NCBI GenBank assembly: GCA_016748015.1
Contig: JAAOMT010000261.1
Location: 260,733 to 324,732 of the forward strand
DNA length: 64,000 bases
Origin: Geosiphon pyriformis uo1
Taxonomy: Eukaryota > Fungi > Glomeromycota
Direction: 5' to 3'
Shown: piece after piece, positions 48,501 through 62,100 of the stretch
How positions within the stretch are numbered: position 1 is the stretch's first letter
How the letters are laid out: every line of letters starts with the position of its first letter
Made by a program: the position numbers and the translations under genes
The notes under the pieces: model-generated
Told to the model about the DNA's origin: nothing
Databases searched by the model: none
The model's input: only the letters and a program-made list of their open reading frames with translations

Positions 48501-51500
48501 GAGGATGCTTTGAAAAAGAACAAAGAGCTTTGACTGGTTTTGCAAAACATGCGGAAAGCATACAATTTGGTCAATTGAAAACATCTTGAGAAGAGCTTAG
48601 TCAGGATTAAGATGTGTAGCAAATTCATTCGATTCTTTGGTAGTATTTATAAAAATCATACCAATAGGGTTATGACAGATTTTAGTTTGACAAATAGTTA
48701 TCATGTGTATGATAGTTTGAATCAAGGAGAAGTTTTTTTCCCTCTTCTGTGGCACATATTTTATGATTCTCTGTTATGTGAAGTTAAGTGTTAAGAAAGT
48801 GTGTGCAGATATAGGCTGATTTTTTATTTTGTTTCCAAAAGTGGTCATGCTAAATCTCAGGCTGGGCTTTCTTCCTTTTTTGCTGCCAGTGTATTCATTG
48901 ACAATACAATTTGGATTAATAGCAGTCAAAGTGCTACTCAGCATATTCTTAATATTGCAAGTGATTTCTTTTAAATTAATAACATTTCAATCAATAATGA
49001 CAAAACAGTGGCTATTCCTATTAATAGCAGAGTTAGCACTCCTTTTCTCTCTATCAGTGGCACACCTATTTCTATCACTAAAAAGGATGAATTTCATCAG
49101 TATCTGGGTATTTTTCTTTTGACTAAAAGTCTTTTAAAGCCTAGTTTGGCTAAAGCACATTTGAACATTTGTTTTTTCATCAATTTGGTTTTAAGAAAGG
49201 CAATTTCAGATAAACAGTTTTCATATTTGGTGTTGGCAGTACTTCATCCTATAGTCAGTTATAGGACACAGTTTAATTTTGTTCTGGTTGGTATGTGCAA
49301 TAAGTGGGACACTCTGGTTTGTAAAAGGCTAAAAATTAAGTTTGGTCTGCCTTTGGACTTTCCAAGTGACACTATTCACTACTCCTCTTTTTATGATTTA
49401 AAATCCTTTGCACAAATTCAGTTTGAGAGTAAGATTGCTTCCCTTGTTAGCTTTGCAAACTCTGGTGGGATTTTAAGTTGTTTGTTTTCTCACAGATCTC
49501 ATAATTTGCAAGTTTTTTGTTGGCATTCTGTTTATCCTTTGTGTTCTCCAGTTTGTATTCATGTTGGTGCTTCTAATAATTTTTTAGCAGGCATGATTTG
49601 TATTTTTTTTGATTGTAGTTTGTCTATTGGTGGCTCTTTGGCCAATTTTTTTTGTGGTTGTGATGGAATTCCCATGTCTGTTGCTCTTGACAAGTCGATG
49701 TTTTTCAAGTTTCTCCCTTTTCTTTGACATTATGGTATTGTATTTGTGGATCAACTTCACAATCATCATGGTGCTGTTTTTGATTGGTACACATTTAAGT
49801 AGTGGAAGAGACTAGACTCCCATGAGCCTGTTCCTAAGTGGTTCAGACTCTCTACTGCATTTCTCAATAATGTGGATTTGTCTTTGATTCTTTTCTTAGC
49901 ATCAAGTAGTGTTGGTTCTCTGAACATTCTTGGCTCTGGTGGTTTTATGTTTGTATGTAATCATCTGTTTCAAATTGATACTAATAGTTTTTTTGTATAC
50001 ATGGATGAGTCTCTAAGGAGTTTGGGCACCATTGGCTGTAGGGCTGGTACTGTTGTTTTTTTCGAAGACATTGGTGTATCAAGTTTGATGTCATCTACTT
50101 TGGCTGAGATGCAAGCTATTGTATTGGCTTTGGAGTGTATTTCCTTGGCTAGCTCTGTTTGCTTGTTTTTGGATAGTCAATCTGTTTTAGATGCTTGCAA
50201 GTCAGAATTGGTTTTGGCACATCTCAATTTTTGTAATCAGTGTTAAGTCAAGCATTGTCACATAGTTAATATTATTCACAGCAAAAATTTAAGGATTAGT
50301 TGGCACAAGGTAAAGGGTCACTCTGGCATCCTAGAAAATGACCATGCTAATTCACTTGCTGGTGATGTGTCTATTTTTGAGTGGTTTCTTCTGCCTCATT
50401 TGGATGAACATTTTTTGGTGGCTGATGGTGTTATTGTTTCTGGTAACTCTAGACATTTTGTTCATAATGTTTATTGGTCTGTTTGTCATGCACATTAGGA
50501 GATTGGTTCTGGCTTAAAGTTTTTGCTTCATGATTTGTTTTCTGAAATTGATTGGCACTGGTCTTTGCTGGTGTGGCATCCTGATTTGCACATGGTCACT
50601 GGTTATACCAGCAAGGCCTTGGCTAATGTGCACACTTATTTTATGAAAGCTCTGTATTGTCAATTGCCTGTGGCTGTTTGTAAGTGTCTTTATAATAAAT
50701 GTTATCTCAGTATTCTGTGCTTATATTGTGGTAAGATGAAAATATCAGATCATGTGTTTTCCTGCAAAATTGATGAGCTTACTTGGCATCAAATCCTGGA
50801 ATCTCATGTGAATTCTTGGAAGTCACTTTTGGGTCTCTCCCATTTCTTTTCGGATGTGCTCCAGTTGTTGTTGACCTGTATTTCTGATTATTTTTTGTCA
50901 ATGACTCTTTTTAAGGGTTGTGTTTTTGAAGGTTGGTTTTGTGAGACTGTTTTCATTTTCCATGATCCCAAGGTTGTTTGTTGTGAGGTTGTTGAGTTTG
51001 TACACTTCCTCAGTTTTGATTTTAGAAATAATATCTGGTTGGTTTGTACTAAGCACTAGACATATATGGAAAAAAATGGCTTGATTCTTTTCGATGATTT
51101 AGATTTCATATTGATCTCTGGTTTGGCTTCAGAATTTTCTGCTGGTATGGTTAAGATGCTTGGAATAGCTGAGGCTTTTGGTATACGTTTTGGATTTTGC
51201 AAATTTTGTTTGTTTTTTTCTGGGATAAGTGATTTGGTTTCAGTTCATATAGCTGCATAGTGTTGTTCTGATTGGCTTGAGTGGCTGGTCGTGTATAAAA
51301 AAAGCATGATTCACACCTGGTATAAGTCATTTCTTTGATGTATAAAACTAGGCTGTGTTTGGACCTCACTTATTAAACAATAAAAAAAAAAAAAAATTTA
51401 AATTTAATTTAAATTTAATATGTTTTAATTTTTTAAAAACTTGTTGTAAATATTAAAAATAATCTATAAATATTGACAAAAAAATATTTGTATTATTTAA

Positions 51501-51606
51501 ATAAACAATAATAAATTATTGTAAATTAATTTTTGAAATATTACAAAAATATTAATTAATTTAAATAGTATTATATTAAATTTATAATTTTAATAATTTA
51601 TTAAAC

Positions 51607-54600
51607 TTTTTTCTCTCTTATCTCCAAAAACCCTTAAAAAGTGCACTTTCTGTAAAAAAGAAGTTTTTTGTTTTTTTAGTCTATATCAATATTTTTTTAC
51701 TTAATAATAATCTATTTTTTGTGGATATAGAGGCTACTGCTAGTAGCACTACATCTAAGAAGAAGGCTTCTAAAAGTGCTTTTCATGGTCTTGCTAGTGG
51801 CTTCTTTTCTCAGAAAAAGAAAGTTATTCTTAGCAATGTCAAACACTCTGGTAATGAAAAAGATATATCTTTGAGCAAATTTGGATCTGGTAATCATGTT
51901 TATTCTAATGTGAAAAGTCTATTTGGTGAGAATGAAGATGTTAGCATGTTTGGAGTAAATGGTGAGTCTCTTTTGGGCTCAGCTGTTACTACACTTAAGG
52001 CAAAGCAAGTCAACACTGGTGCTGGTTTTGGTTTTCCACTCAGCTCTTCCAACTTTTATATGGATGATGATAAAGTTGTACTCCTTTTTCACTTGCCTAT
52101 CTTTCTTGAAAAGAAGTGGATTGACCCAAAAATTATCAAGACTTTTGTGGAAGTGTTAGTTAAAAAGTCATTCACTTTGGATATTAATCTCTCAGCTGTG
52201 GAAGGTAAATTGGCAATGGCAAAAACTCAGTTAATTTGGAAAATTTTTTCAACAGTCAATGGTTTTGGAGGGGCCACTACCCCCTTAAAATTTGAAGAGA
52301 TCATCCAATCAACATTTACTTCTGAGGAGAGCTTAATTAAGACTACATTATTGGCCAGAAAGGAGGGGATCATTGTAAACAGTAATCTTAAGAAACAAGA
52401 AATTCATTCAAATTGGGCTGTGGTCATCAAGAAAATTTCTATGAACACACCAAAGAATATAATCATTGCTGCACTAACTGAATTTGGTGAAATTAAGTCG
52501 ATCAAAATTCAACTTATTGAATTATGGCAAAAAGCTGTGATGGAATTTGCTGAATTAGATCAGGTTAAACAATTGGCTACTAAATGGTCTTTCTTGATTG
52601 GTAAAGATTCGGTGTGTGTGGCCATGGCTGTGGATAATTGTAAGACTTGGGCATCAAAAGATAAGTTCAGAGTATTGCTGTTTACTCTGCTAGTGAGAAC
52701 AACTGCTTATGATTTGAATACTCTTTTGGATGGGGCTGGTGAAAAAACCTGTGTCATTAATTGCTCAATGGATTCTGGCAACCAGGTATGCTGTGCTGTA
52801 GTTGGTTTTGAATCTGAGGAAGATTTAGAGTCTGCTTATCACACTGAGCTAATATTTGGTAGTGTTAAATTATCTTGGACTAGATTGGACTTGGTTTGCT
52901 GTGAAAAGTGTGAACATTTTGGCCATTCTACTCTGGAGTGTGATGCACCAATTTCACCTATTTTTAAGTCCTCAAGATCTGTTAAAAGAGTCTCTTCAGA
53001 AGATCATCATCTCCAGCTGGCAAAGTTGTATGCTAAGAAGAGTGTTCTTATTTCTAAACCTGCTGTCTTTGGTGGCAAATCTTGGACACAAGTGGTCTCA
53101 CTTGCTTCTCCTTCTAGTGGCCCTTGTTTTGATTCTGGTTTTGGATTTGGTTCTCCTCCTTCTGGTTCATCAAGTATTAAGAAAAGTGCACTAGTTGTTC
53201 AAATTGATTTCTCAATCAATGATCATCTAGCTTCACTGGAACATTTTTTAGAATTACTAGCTGATTAGGTGTCAAATATTGTGCATAGATTAAATGGTGT
53301 AGAGCTGGTGCCCCTGGTGCTTATTACTCAAGTTGTACTTCTGGCCACCCCTGTTTCTACATTGGTGTCACTAGATACTGATATGGTTTTGGATGTCCCT
53401 TGGCTGTCCCTTCTTTCCTCTTCTCCAGTTTTAGAAAACAAAGTGGTAGATTTGGGTCTGAGCAGTTTAAAAGTTTTTACCTTCAAAGTTGGCAGTTTGG
53501 AATCTAAGATGATAGCTCTCAAAGTTTCTATTGGCTCAATCTTGGGGAATTTAAATCTGTTGTGCATAAATTTGGATTCTTTAGTATATTCTTTGCATTA
53601 ATGAGTGAGCTCATTTGAAGAGTAACTACATGCAATATTAGGAGTATATCAAATTTAGCTAAACAAAAAAACATTGTTTGTTGGCATAAGAATTCAGAAA
53701 ATATAATTTCAATTGTTACTAAAACAAAATTGAGGTCTGACATTAGGCCTTAGATCATGAATAAATTTAATGGACTTCGGGTTTTTACTTCTGGTTTGGA
53801 TATTGGGTTTTATGGTACTGGAGTTGCCATAATTATGAACAATTCTTTGGCTTAGCATGTTTCGAAAATGAATGAAATTTCTGGTCATTTAATTTCTGTG
53901 CATCTTTTGTTCAAGAACAAGCTTTCAGTTACAATCTTAGATCTGTATACTGGTGTGTTCATTAGCACACAATTTAGTCAGGCTGCTGATATCAATTCTA
54001 TGATTTCCAAGGTGGTCAATTCCAGCTTGTTTGTGGTTTTGGATGGTGACTTTAATAAAAATAAGTCTGGCAAAAGTGTGAGTTTCAAGTTCTGTTTGGA
54101 ATTGGGCCTGGTTAATACTTTTGATGGACACTCATTGATTAAGGCTTCCACTTGGAGCAATTCTAGAGATGTTGAAAAAGTAATTGATTTTATTTTTGTG
54201 AGTGGAAATTTGGCATCTGTTATGGCATCGCATTTTGTCGATAGTGTGTCTGAGTTTTTTGATACAGATCATAAGTCAGTTTTCATTTCAATTGGTTTGG
54301 GTGGGCTGCTGAATGCACATCTTATTAGCATTTGCAGACAAGCCAACCAAGACCAGTAGAAGTTCAAATTAAAGGATGCAGATGATGTTCAATGGTTAAG
54401 CTTTAAAGACTGCTCTTCTACCAAGTTGTTGGCTAGATCAGACATGTTTGAGGAAGCAAAAGTCAATGGTAACTTAAATATAATGTGAAAGATGTTAGAA
54501 GAAGCCATAATACAGACTGCTAACACAGTTTTTTCTAGAATCTGGTATAGTGAATATGACTGTATGAAGAATAAATAATCTTCCAAATTCTTTAAATTAG

Positions 54601-57600
54601 AGTTGCTTGTTGTAAAGATTGTGAAATATTGGAACTCTGGTGATCTTCTAAACTTCACCTGTCTCATTAAGGTCTGGTCAGTTATTGATGTAGTCAAAGC
54701 TTCTAAGGTTGATAGCATGGTTTTAAATGGTGTAAGCTTGATGGAGTTGATTAAACATTTGTTGGTGATAAGAAAAGGGTATCATAAGTCTAAGTATTGT
54801 GAATCTAAGATTGCTGAAGATACTGCTATAAGAAAGGCAATTAACCGTCATATGAAAAATTTCTGTTCTGACAAAGAAAAGATAATAAAGAACATTCTGG
54901 AACATCCATTTCACAAGGTGGTTTTGGATCACTTGGTAGTGGATAATGAGCTGGTAATTGAGCCTAATAAGGTAAAGCTCAAGGTTAATAAAATTATGGA
55001 AAAGTAGACAAGAAAGCAATTAGTTCTTTCAAAGATGCCTGATCTTTGGACTTGCCAATATATGCCTTTGAATTATGTGAATGATGATGCTTTCTCTGAT
55101 ACAATGAATAAAATTGGTATGGAAAAATTGTCTCTGGTTATAGATAATCTGCCAAACAATAAAGCAGCTAAGTTATCAGGGATACCTAATGAACTTTAAA
55201 AGCATTGTAATAAGGAGGTTTTGGCCTGTCTTTTGAAATTGTTGAATTTGTGTTTGAGTATGAGTGCAGTTCCTGATCTGTGGAAAAAAGCATGGGTTTC
55301 AATGATTCCAAAACCTTATAAGTGGAATGGTGTTCTAACAAATACTAGACCTATTGCATTAGTCAAAACAGCATGCAAAATACTATCTAAGATTCTATCT
55401 GATCAGATATCTTTGGCTTATAGCAAGTTTAATGTTCTTTGTAATAACAATTTTTCGGTGTTAAAAGATACTTCAACTCAGTCTCCTATTTTTGCTATTG
55501 GCTCAGTTGTTGAAGATGCTCTGGAGAAAAACAGAGAGCTTTGATTAGTGCTATAGGATATACACAAAGCTTATAATTCAGTAAGCTGGCATTATTTGCA
55601 AGCAAGCTTGTGTTGCATCAAAATGTGTGAACATTTCATCCAATTTTTCGGCAACATTCATGGGAACTGGGTCAACAGGGTGATGACCAACTTTGGGCTT
55701 TCAGATGGTTATAGAGTACATAATGGATTGGATCAAGGGGAAGTATTTTCTTCACTGCTTTGGAGAATATTTTATGATTCACTTTTGTGTAAAGTGAAAA
55801 GGCATGAGCATTTATATGGATATAAAATTGATTCTAAGTTTGTAACAAAGTCTGGCAGGATTGAAGCAAGTGGAGGAAAAACTTTCTTTTTGGTTGCAGG
55901 TGCTTTTGTTGATAATACAATTTGGGTCAGAAGTAGTCAGGCATCTATGCAGTATATTTTAAACATTGCTAGTGAATTTTTTGTGATCAATAACATCTCA
56001 ATTAATAATGATAAGACAGTAGCAATTCTTATCAATCAAAGAGTTAAAGATGCTTTGCTATTAATCAATAGTTCACTAATTTTGATTGCTAAAAAGGGTG
56101 AATCACATCAATATCTGGGTATTTTTCTGTCAACTGAGGGTCTCTCTAAGCCCAATTTGGCTCAAGCCCATAAGGATGTCAGATTTTTTTCTAATATAGT
56201 GTTAAGGAAAACTATTATGGACAAACAATTCTGTTATTTGGTTTTGGTGGTTTTGCAACCTATTGTTAGCTATCATATACAGTTCAGTTTTGTTACTTTA
56301 GATATGTGTCATAAGTGAGATATTATGATTAAAAAAAGTCTTAAAGCCAAAGCTGGTTTACCATGTGACTTTCCCAATAAGGTCTTGCACCACCCTTTTT
56401 TATATAGTTTGAAGCTCTTTAAGCAAGTTCAGTCTGAAGAAAAGCTGGCATTACTGATTTCATTTTCTAATGGCCATAGTATTTTTGAATGTTTATTTGA
56501 TTATAGGTTTCTGGATTTGTAAGTTCTGGGATGGTTTCTTCTGAATCCTCTGCAATTTTTTGTTAAGTTGCATGTTAGTCCTGTAAACAATTTTTTGGCA
56601 GGGGTGGTGAAAATTTTTTTGGAGAATGAATTATCTTTAGTAAACAATTTACCTTGTGTCTTTTGTGGGTCTAGTAATTTTCTAATGTCTGGCATTTTGG
56701 GTCAGTTTTTGTATTACAAATCCGTTTTTTTATTGAAGCATTTTGGTGTTGCTTTTGGTGACAGAATTTTTGACAAGAAAAGAAAAGTAATGGACTGGAA
56801 AACATTTCAGCATTGGAAACAATTGGACCCGAGAGGCCCTGTGTCTTACTGGTTTTCTTTGATATCTGATTTTATGAACAATTCTATTTCTTTGGAGGTT
56901 GGAGCTGCTACTGCTACTAAGAAAAATGTGCTAAGTGTTTTGGATTCTGATGAGTTCTCTGAAGTTTGTGATAGTCTACTGGAGGTGTGGTCTGATTGTA
57001 TCAAGATTTATACAGATGAGTTCTTGAGATGTGCTGGTTCTGTTGAAGTGGCAGATGGAGCGGTTACATACCTCCCAGCTGTGAATGTAAGCATTAGAGT
57101 TAAGATTGCTGGATTTTTGTTCTCTACTTTGACTGAACTGCAAGCTGTAGTGTTGGCTTTGGAGTGTGTTTCATTTTCATGCTTAGTGGTTTTGTACTCA
57201 GATAGTCAATCTGTAATTAATGCCTGCATTTCCAAGGCTTTTTCAATTACACTTGACTTCCATAACCAATGTTGAATCAAAAGATTGCAAATTGTCAATC
57301 ATCTTAAAGACAAGAATATTTCAATTAAGTAGGTGAAGATTAAAGGTCATTCAGATGTATTGGACAACATAAAAGCTAATGTACTGGCTAATGAGACTAC
57401 TTTCTCGTCCCTTTCTTTGCCAGTTAAAATCCAAAAGAGATTTCTGGTTACTGAAAAAACTGCCATATCTGGCAATGTTTGTTATTTTGCTCAGAACTTA
57501 CACCAGTCAATATGCTGTGCTTGTTGGGAGGCTGGTTCAGGTTTTGATATAGTTCCGAATTTTATGATTAAAAAAATAGATTGGGATGCTATTGCGACAA

Positions 57601-58427
57601 TTTGGCATCTTGATTCACACATGCTTTCTGGATTTACCAGTAGAAAGTTAGCCAATTCATGTATATATTTAATGAAGTCTGTATATAAGCAGCTGCCAGT
57701 TGTAGTTAGAAAGAGGTTGTATAATAAAGATTATCCTAGTGTTTTGTGTTTGCTGTGTGGCGAGATGGAGTTCTCTGATCATGTTTTTACTTGTTCTGAT
57801 AACTTTGGTCTCCGTAGAGACATTTTGGTTGAAGCTGCTGAAAAATAGATGTCAATATCTGGTCTTTTAAGTTTATTTTCATCTGCTATTCTGCTCTTGT
57901 TCTTATTATGTTCTTCAAATATGAGTCTTTATATGGCAGTATACAAGAGTTTTGTAATGAAAAATTGGTATGTCAAGACTGTTTCAGTTTTTGAGAGAAA
58001 AAAAAAAGCTACTCAAATCCTTGTAGAATACATCAAATTTGTGATAGAGTTGTAGTGCTCTCAAATATAGACTATTAGGACCAAGCATAAAGTAAAGATG
58101 GAAAAGGCTGGCTTGGTTGGGGATAATAATGTGGTTTTTGGCTTGTCCAGTAGTATAGTTTCTACATTGTCAGCTGGTATTGTTTGTATGCTTGGTGTTA
58201 TAGAATCTTTTGCTATTAGGTTTGGTAGGCACAAATTGTGTTGTTTTTTCTCTGGTTTGGGTGGTAATGCTTTTGTTACTATAGGTGTATAGTGTTGTCT
58301 TGTCTGACCTAAGTGGCTGGCCATATGTAGTCTGTACGTGAGCTGTGTTTAGTTGGTTCTACTTAGTTTGGTTCTATGTACTAGATAGCAGTTGAACTTT
58401 ATTCATAAAACTTGTAATAAAAAAAAA
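51607..58427 (+). mobile_element. LINE copy 2 (full length, degenerate)
   Basis: Pyrimidine-rich 5' end; ORF1 51721-53601 (RRM-like region, CEKCEHFGHSTLEC knuckle); ORF2 53601-58292 with APE, RT, RNase H and zinc finger; 3'UTR and poly(A). Confidence 0.94.
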
Positions 58428-59126
58428 TTTTTTTTATATAATAAATACTATTTTGTATTTGTTTTTTAAATTTATTTCAATTTGTCAATATTTACTAATT
58501 AAGTTAAGTATAAAAAACCATTTTGTTTTTTTAAAAACATCAAAAATTTTGTTAATTAATAATATTAAATATGAATTTTTTGTTGTTTTATTATAATTAA
58601 TGTAAAATTTGGTTTTTCTATTTTTTTTCTTATTAAAACAACTAATAAAAACTAAAAACTTATAAATAATTATATTATTCTATTTTTTAGCATTTTTTAA
58701 ACTTTTTTTAATAAAATTATGTTTTATCAATAAAATAAAATAATTATATTGTTTTTTAAACTTTATATTAATACTTTTTACAATATTAACTTTAATACAA
58801 AATAAAATAATCTTTGTAAAAATAAGTATTAATTTGAATAAAATATTATTTTGCTCTTAACAAATAGAACATAATTATTAGTAAATTTTTTTAAAATTTT
58901 TTAATAAGTTAAATATGTTGTAATTAATAATTTTATTAATTATTTTGGCTAATATTTTTTAACAACATATTTTTTCTCTTATTTTTATTTATATTATATT
59001 ATAAAACTTGTTTTTATTGTATAAATAGTACTGTAGTTTTATTAGTATTTTATTAAATATTATTTTAAATAATATTTTTTTTTGTTTAATATGTTAATTT
59101 AATTATATTTTCTAATATAAAGTTAA

Positions 59127-62100
59127 TTCTTTCTCTCGTCAATCCCCTGGCCACTGCAAGAGCGAGAAAATTTTTAGGAGAATTCACTTTACTTTATTCC
59201 TTTACCCTTCATTCTTCAAGTCATTTCTTCTACTATATCTCTATTTGTCACAATGGAACCAGTAGGCTCTTCTGCTGGTGGTTCTGGCTTGGTTTCGGCT
59301 GGTTTGGAGACCTGCCAGAGTGTGAAAAAGAAATGCGTAGATACAGTTTATTCTCAGAGTGCATCCTACAAGAAACCAAAGAAGCCTGCTGCTGGTAATG
59401 TGGTCAACTCGTCTGCTGAATCGCTGAGCCTGGAGGATATTGGTGGTGCTGGTGCTAAGCCTGTGGAGTCCTGGGGCAGTGAGATTGGCAGTGTTGCTAG
59501 TAGTGTCAGTGGTCTCTCAGATGTCAAAAATATGGCAAACATGGTGGCCAAAGAGACCAGTTATGTGGAATCAGATGAGAATGATGGCATGGATGAAAAT
59601 ACACCGAGAAAGACTCGTACTCAAACGTACATGCTGGACAACCCACCAAAGCAACCTTTGTTCGACCGTATGAGTGACAACGACGATGCGCTAAAGCTTC
59701 CTCTCCCTAAATTTGATGGTGCCAATCAGGTGCCGCATATCAGGTCACATGCCCTAGAAAAAAGGAATTTTGAGCCAGTAAAATCTTTTGCATTAGATAT
59801 TGAGGTTTCGGCAGTGCCTAAGAAGACAAATGTTAATAAGTTGATAACAGTTAAGAAAATTTTTTATCGAATTAATGGATTTGAGGAAGCTTCAACTCCC
59901 TCAAAATTTCCAGAAATAATAAGATCATCATTTACATCTGAAAAAAGTTTAATTAAGGCAAGGAAAATGGCAATTGGTGAGAAGATTTTGGTAAATGATA
60001 ATCTAAAGAAAATAAACAGTCATTCAGATCGGGAAGTGATTGTTAAGGAGATTTCAGTGGATCTTCCCAAATCAGCTGTGGATTCGGCATTTTCTAAATT
60101 TGGCAAAATTGTTTCAATCAAAATACAGCTGATTGGTCTTTGGCAAAAGGCTTTGGTTGAGTTTGAGTTATCTGAAGTGGCTAGTCTGATTGCATCCAAA
60201 TGGTCAATCTTCATGGGAAAAGATTTGGTGCGTGTGGCTTTGGCGGTCTGTGATAAACAAACATGGGTATCAAGAGATCAGCATCATGTCTTGCTTTATA
60301 CTCTTTCAGTTGGCACCACTGCCCATAATCTTTTCAGTTTATTGGATTCATATGGTGGGAAGACTTGTTTTATTGGCCGTAATCCTAATTCATATGTTCG
60401 TAATAGATGTGCTGTAATTTGTTTTGGTAATGAGGCGTCCAAGTTGGCTGTTATTGATACCATTCCAGTTTTCAAGGGTGTAAGTTTGTGTTGGGCTGGT
60501 CTTTCTTTGGCCAGTTGTACTCAGTGTAAACAATTTGGTCATGTTACAGTCAACTATCCCTTGGGTGTGAATTCTGGTGTTCATGGGAAGAGAGTGGTTT
60601 CTAATCAAGATCAGATTCATCTGGCCGGGATATATAAGAAAAAGTCGGCTTCTATTGCTCATCTGGTCTCATTTGGTGGTAAAACATGGATCCAAGTTGC
60701 TGGTGGCTCTCCTTCTTGTGTGGTTCCCTCTGGTTTGGTTGGTGCTGGTTTGCATTCTGGTTTGGTTCCTTTTTCGATGATGACTAACTCTTCTACCATT
60801 TCTCATTTAAATGACCGGCTGGCGATTTTGGAGCACTCTTTGGAGCTTTTGACTGACCGCGTTTCTGGCATTTTGGTTCGATTGGATTCCATTGGTTTGG
60901 TTCCTGTGGTGAACTCATCTCTAAGCTCTCTTTCTGCTGTTTCTGAGACTTTGACTTCTGATGTGAATTCTGATATGATTGTGAATACTGCTTTGGTCTT
61001 GTTTGGTACTCCTCTATTCATTGTTTATAATGCTGTTGTTGAGCTCAGCTCTAGTAGTTCCAAAGTCCTCACTGCCAAAGTGGATGGTTTGGAAACAAAA
61101 TTGATTGCTTTGGAGGCCTCAGTTGGTTTAGTTTTGGATAAGTTAAATATTCTGTGCTCTGGTTTGGATTTGTTAGTTCTCCTGTCTTCTCAATAACTCA
61201 CTTAATTTGGAAAATTGCCATGTGTAATGTCAAAGGTATGAACAATTGTGCAAAGCAGGCAGATATTATATATTGGCATAAGAATATGAACAATCTAGTC
61301 TCCATTGTTACTGAGACAAAGTTAAGAGGCATGGTTCATCCGTGGATCACTGATAAGTTTGATGGTGTTCGTGTTTTTACTTCTGGTCTGAATTCTGGTC
61401 ACATGAAATTTGGTGTTGCAATAATTATGGACTCTTTTTTAGTGAAGCATGTGTGCAAAATTTTGGAGGTACCTGGTCGGCTGTTGTCAATAAAGCTGCT
61501 TTTTGGGAATAAACTTTTTGTGTCTATTCTGGGACCGTATGCTGGTGCATCTTCAGTGGTTTGGTTTTTTCAGGCTAGTGATATCAATTCTTTTGTTGCC
61601 AAAGCTGTGAATAAGACTTCTTTTGTCATTCTTGGTAGTGATTTCAATGAAGATGGGTTTCATAAATATGCCAGTATTAGGAAGTGTTTTGATTTAGGTC
61701 TGGTCAACTCTCTAAGTAGAAGCACTTTTGTGAAGTTACCAACATGGTGCAATTTTCATGGTGTTGCCAAGACAATTGATTACGTGTTGGTTTTCTCTAG
61801 TTTAGTTAATACAATCGTGGATCGTAGTGTGGTGGATGTTGAGGATTTTTTTGATACTGATCATAGGACTGTTTCTGTTTCTGTAGATCTGAGTGGTTTG
61901 TTGGATGTGCAGCTGCTGTCACTATGCAAACAGGCCAATAAAGATCATTGGAAGTTTGATGTTAAAAATGCCAGTGAAGAGAAATGGTTGGAATTTAAGA
62001 ATGCTACAGCTGCTAATGCTTCTATGCTTTCAGATGCATTTGTTGCGGCTACAAAGTTTTTGGATAAGGATGCAATGTGGGACATTGTTCACAAAATATT

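Larger units (their letters stand above)
35089..51396 (+). mobile_element. LINE copy 1 (degenerate; 5' part of ORF1 deleted; interrupted by a gypsy element)
   Basis: TTCTTTCTCTC 5' end; ORF1 resumes in frame across the insertion (ETVR|IALFEF); ORF2 46590-51260 has APE, RT (FIDN), RNase H (KVKGHSG) and a CxxC..H..C finger; poly(A) tail; many transition-derived stops. Confidence 0.93.
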
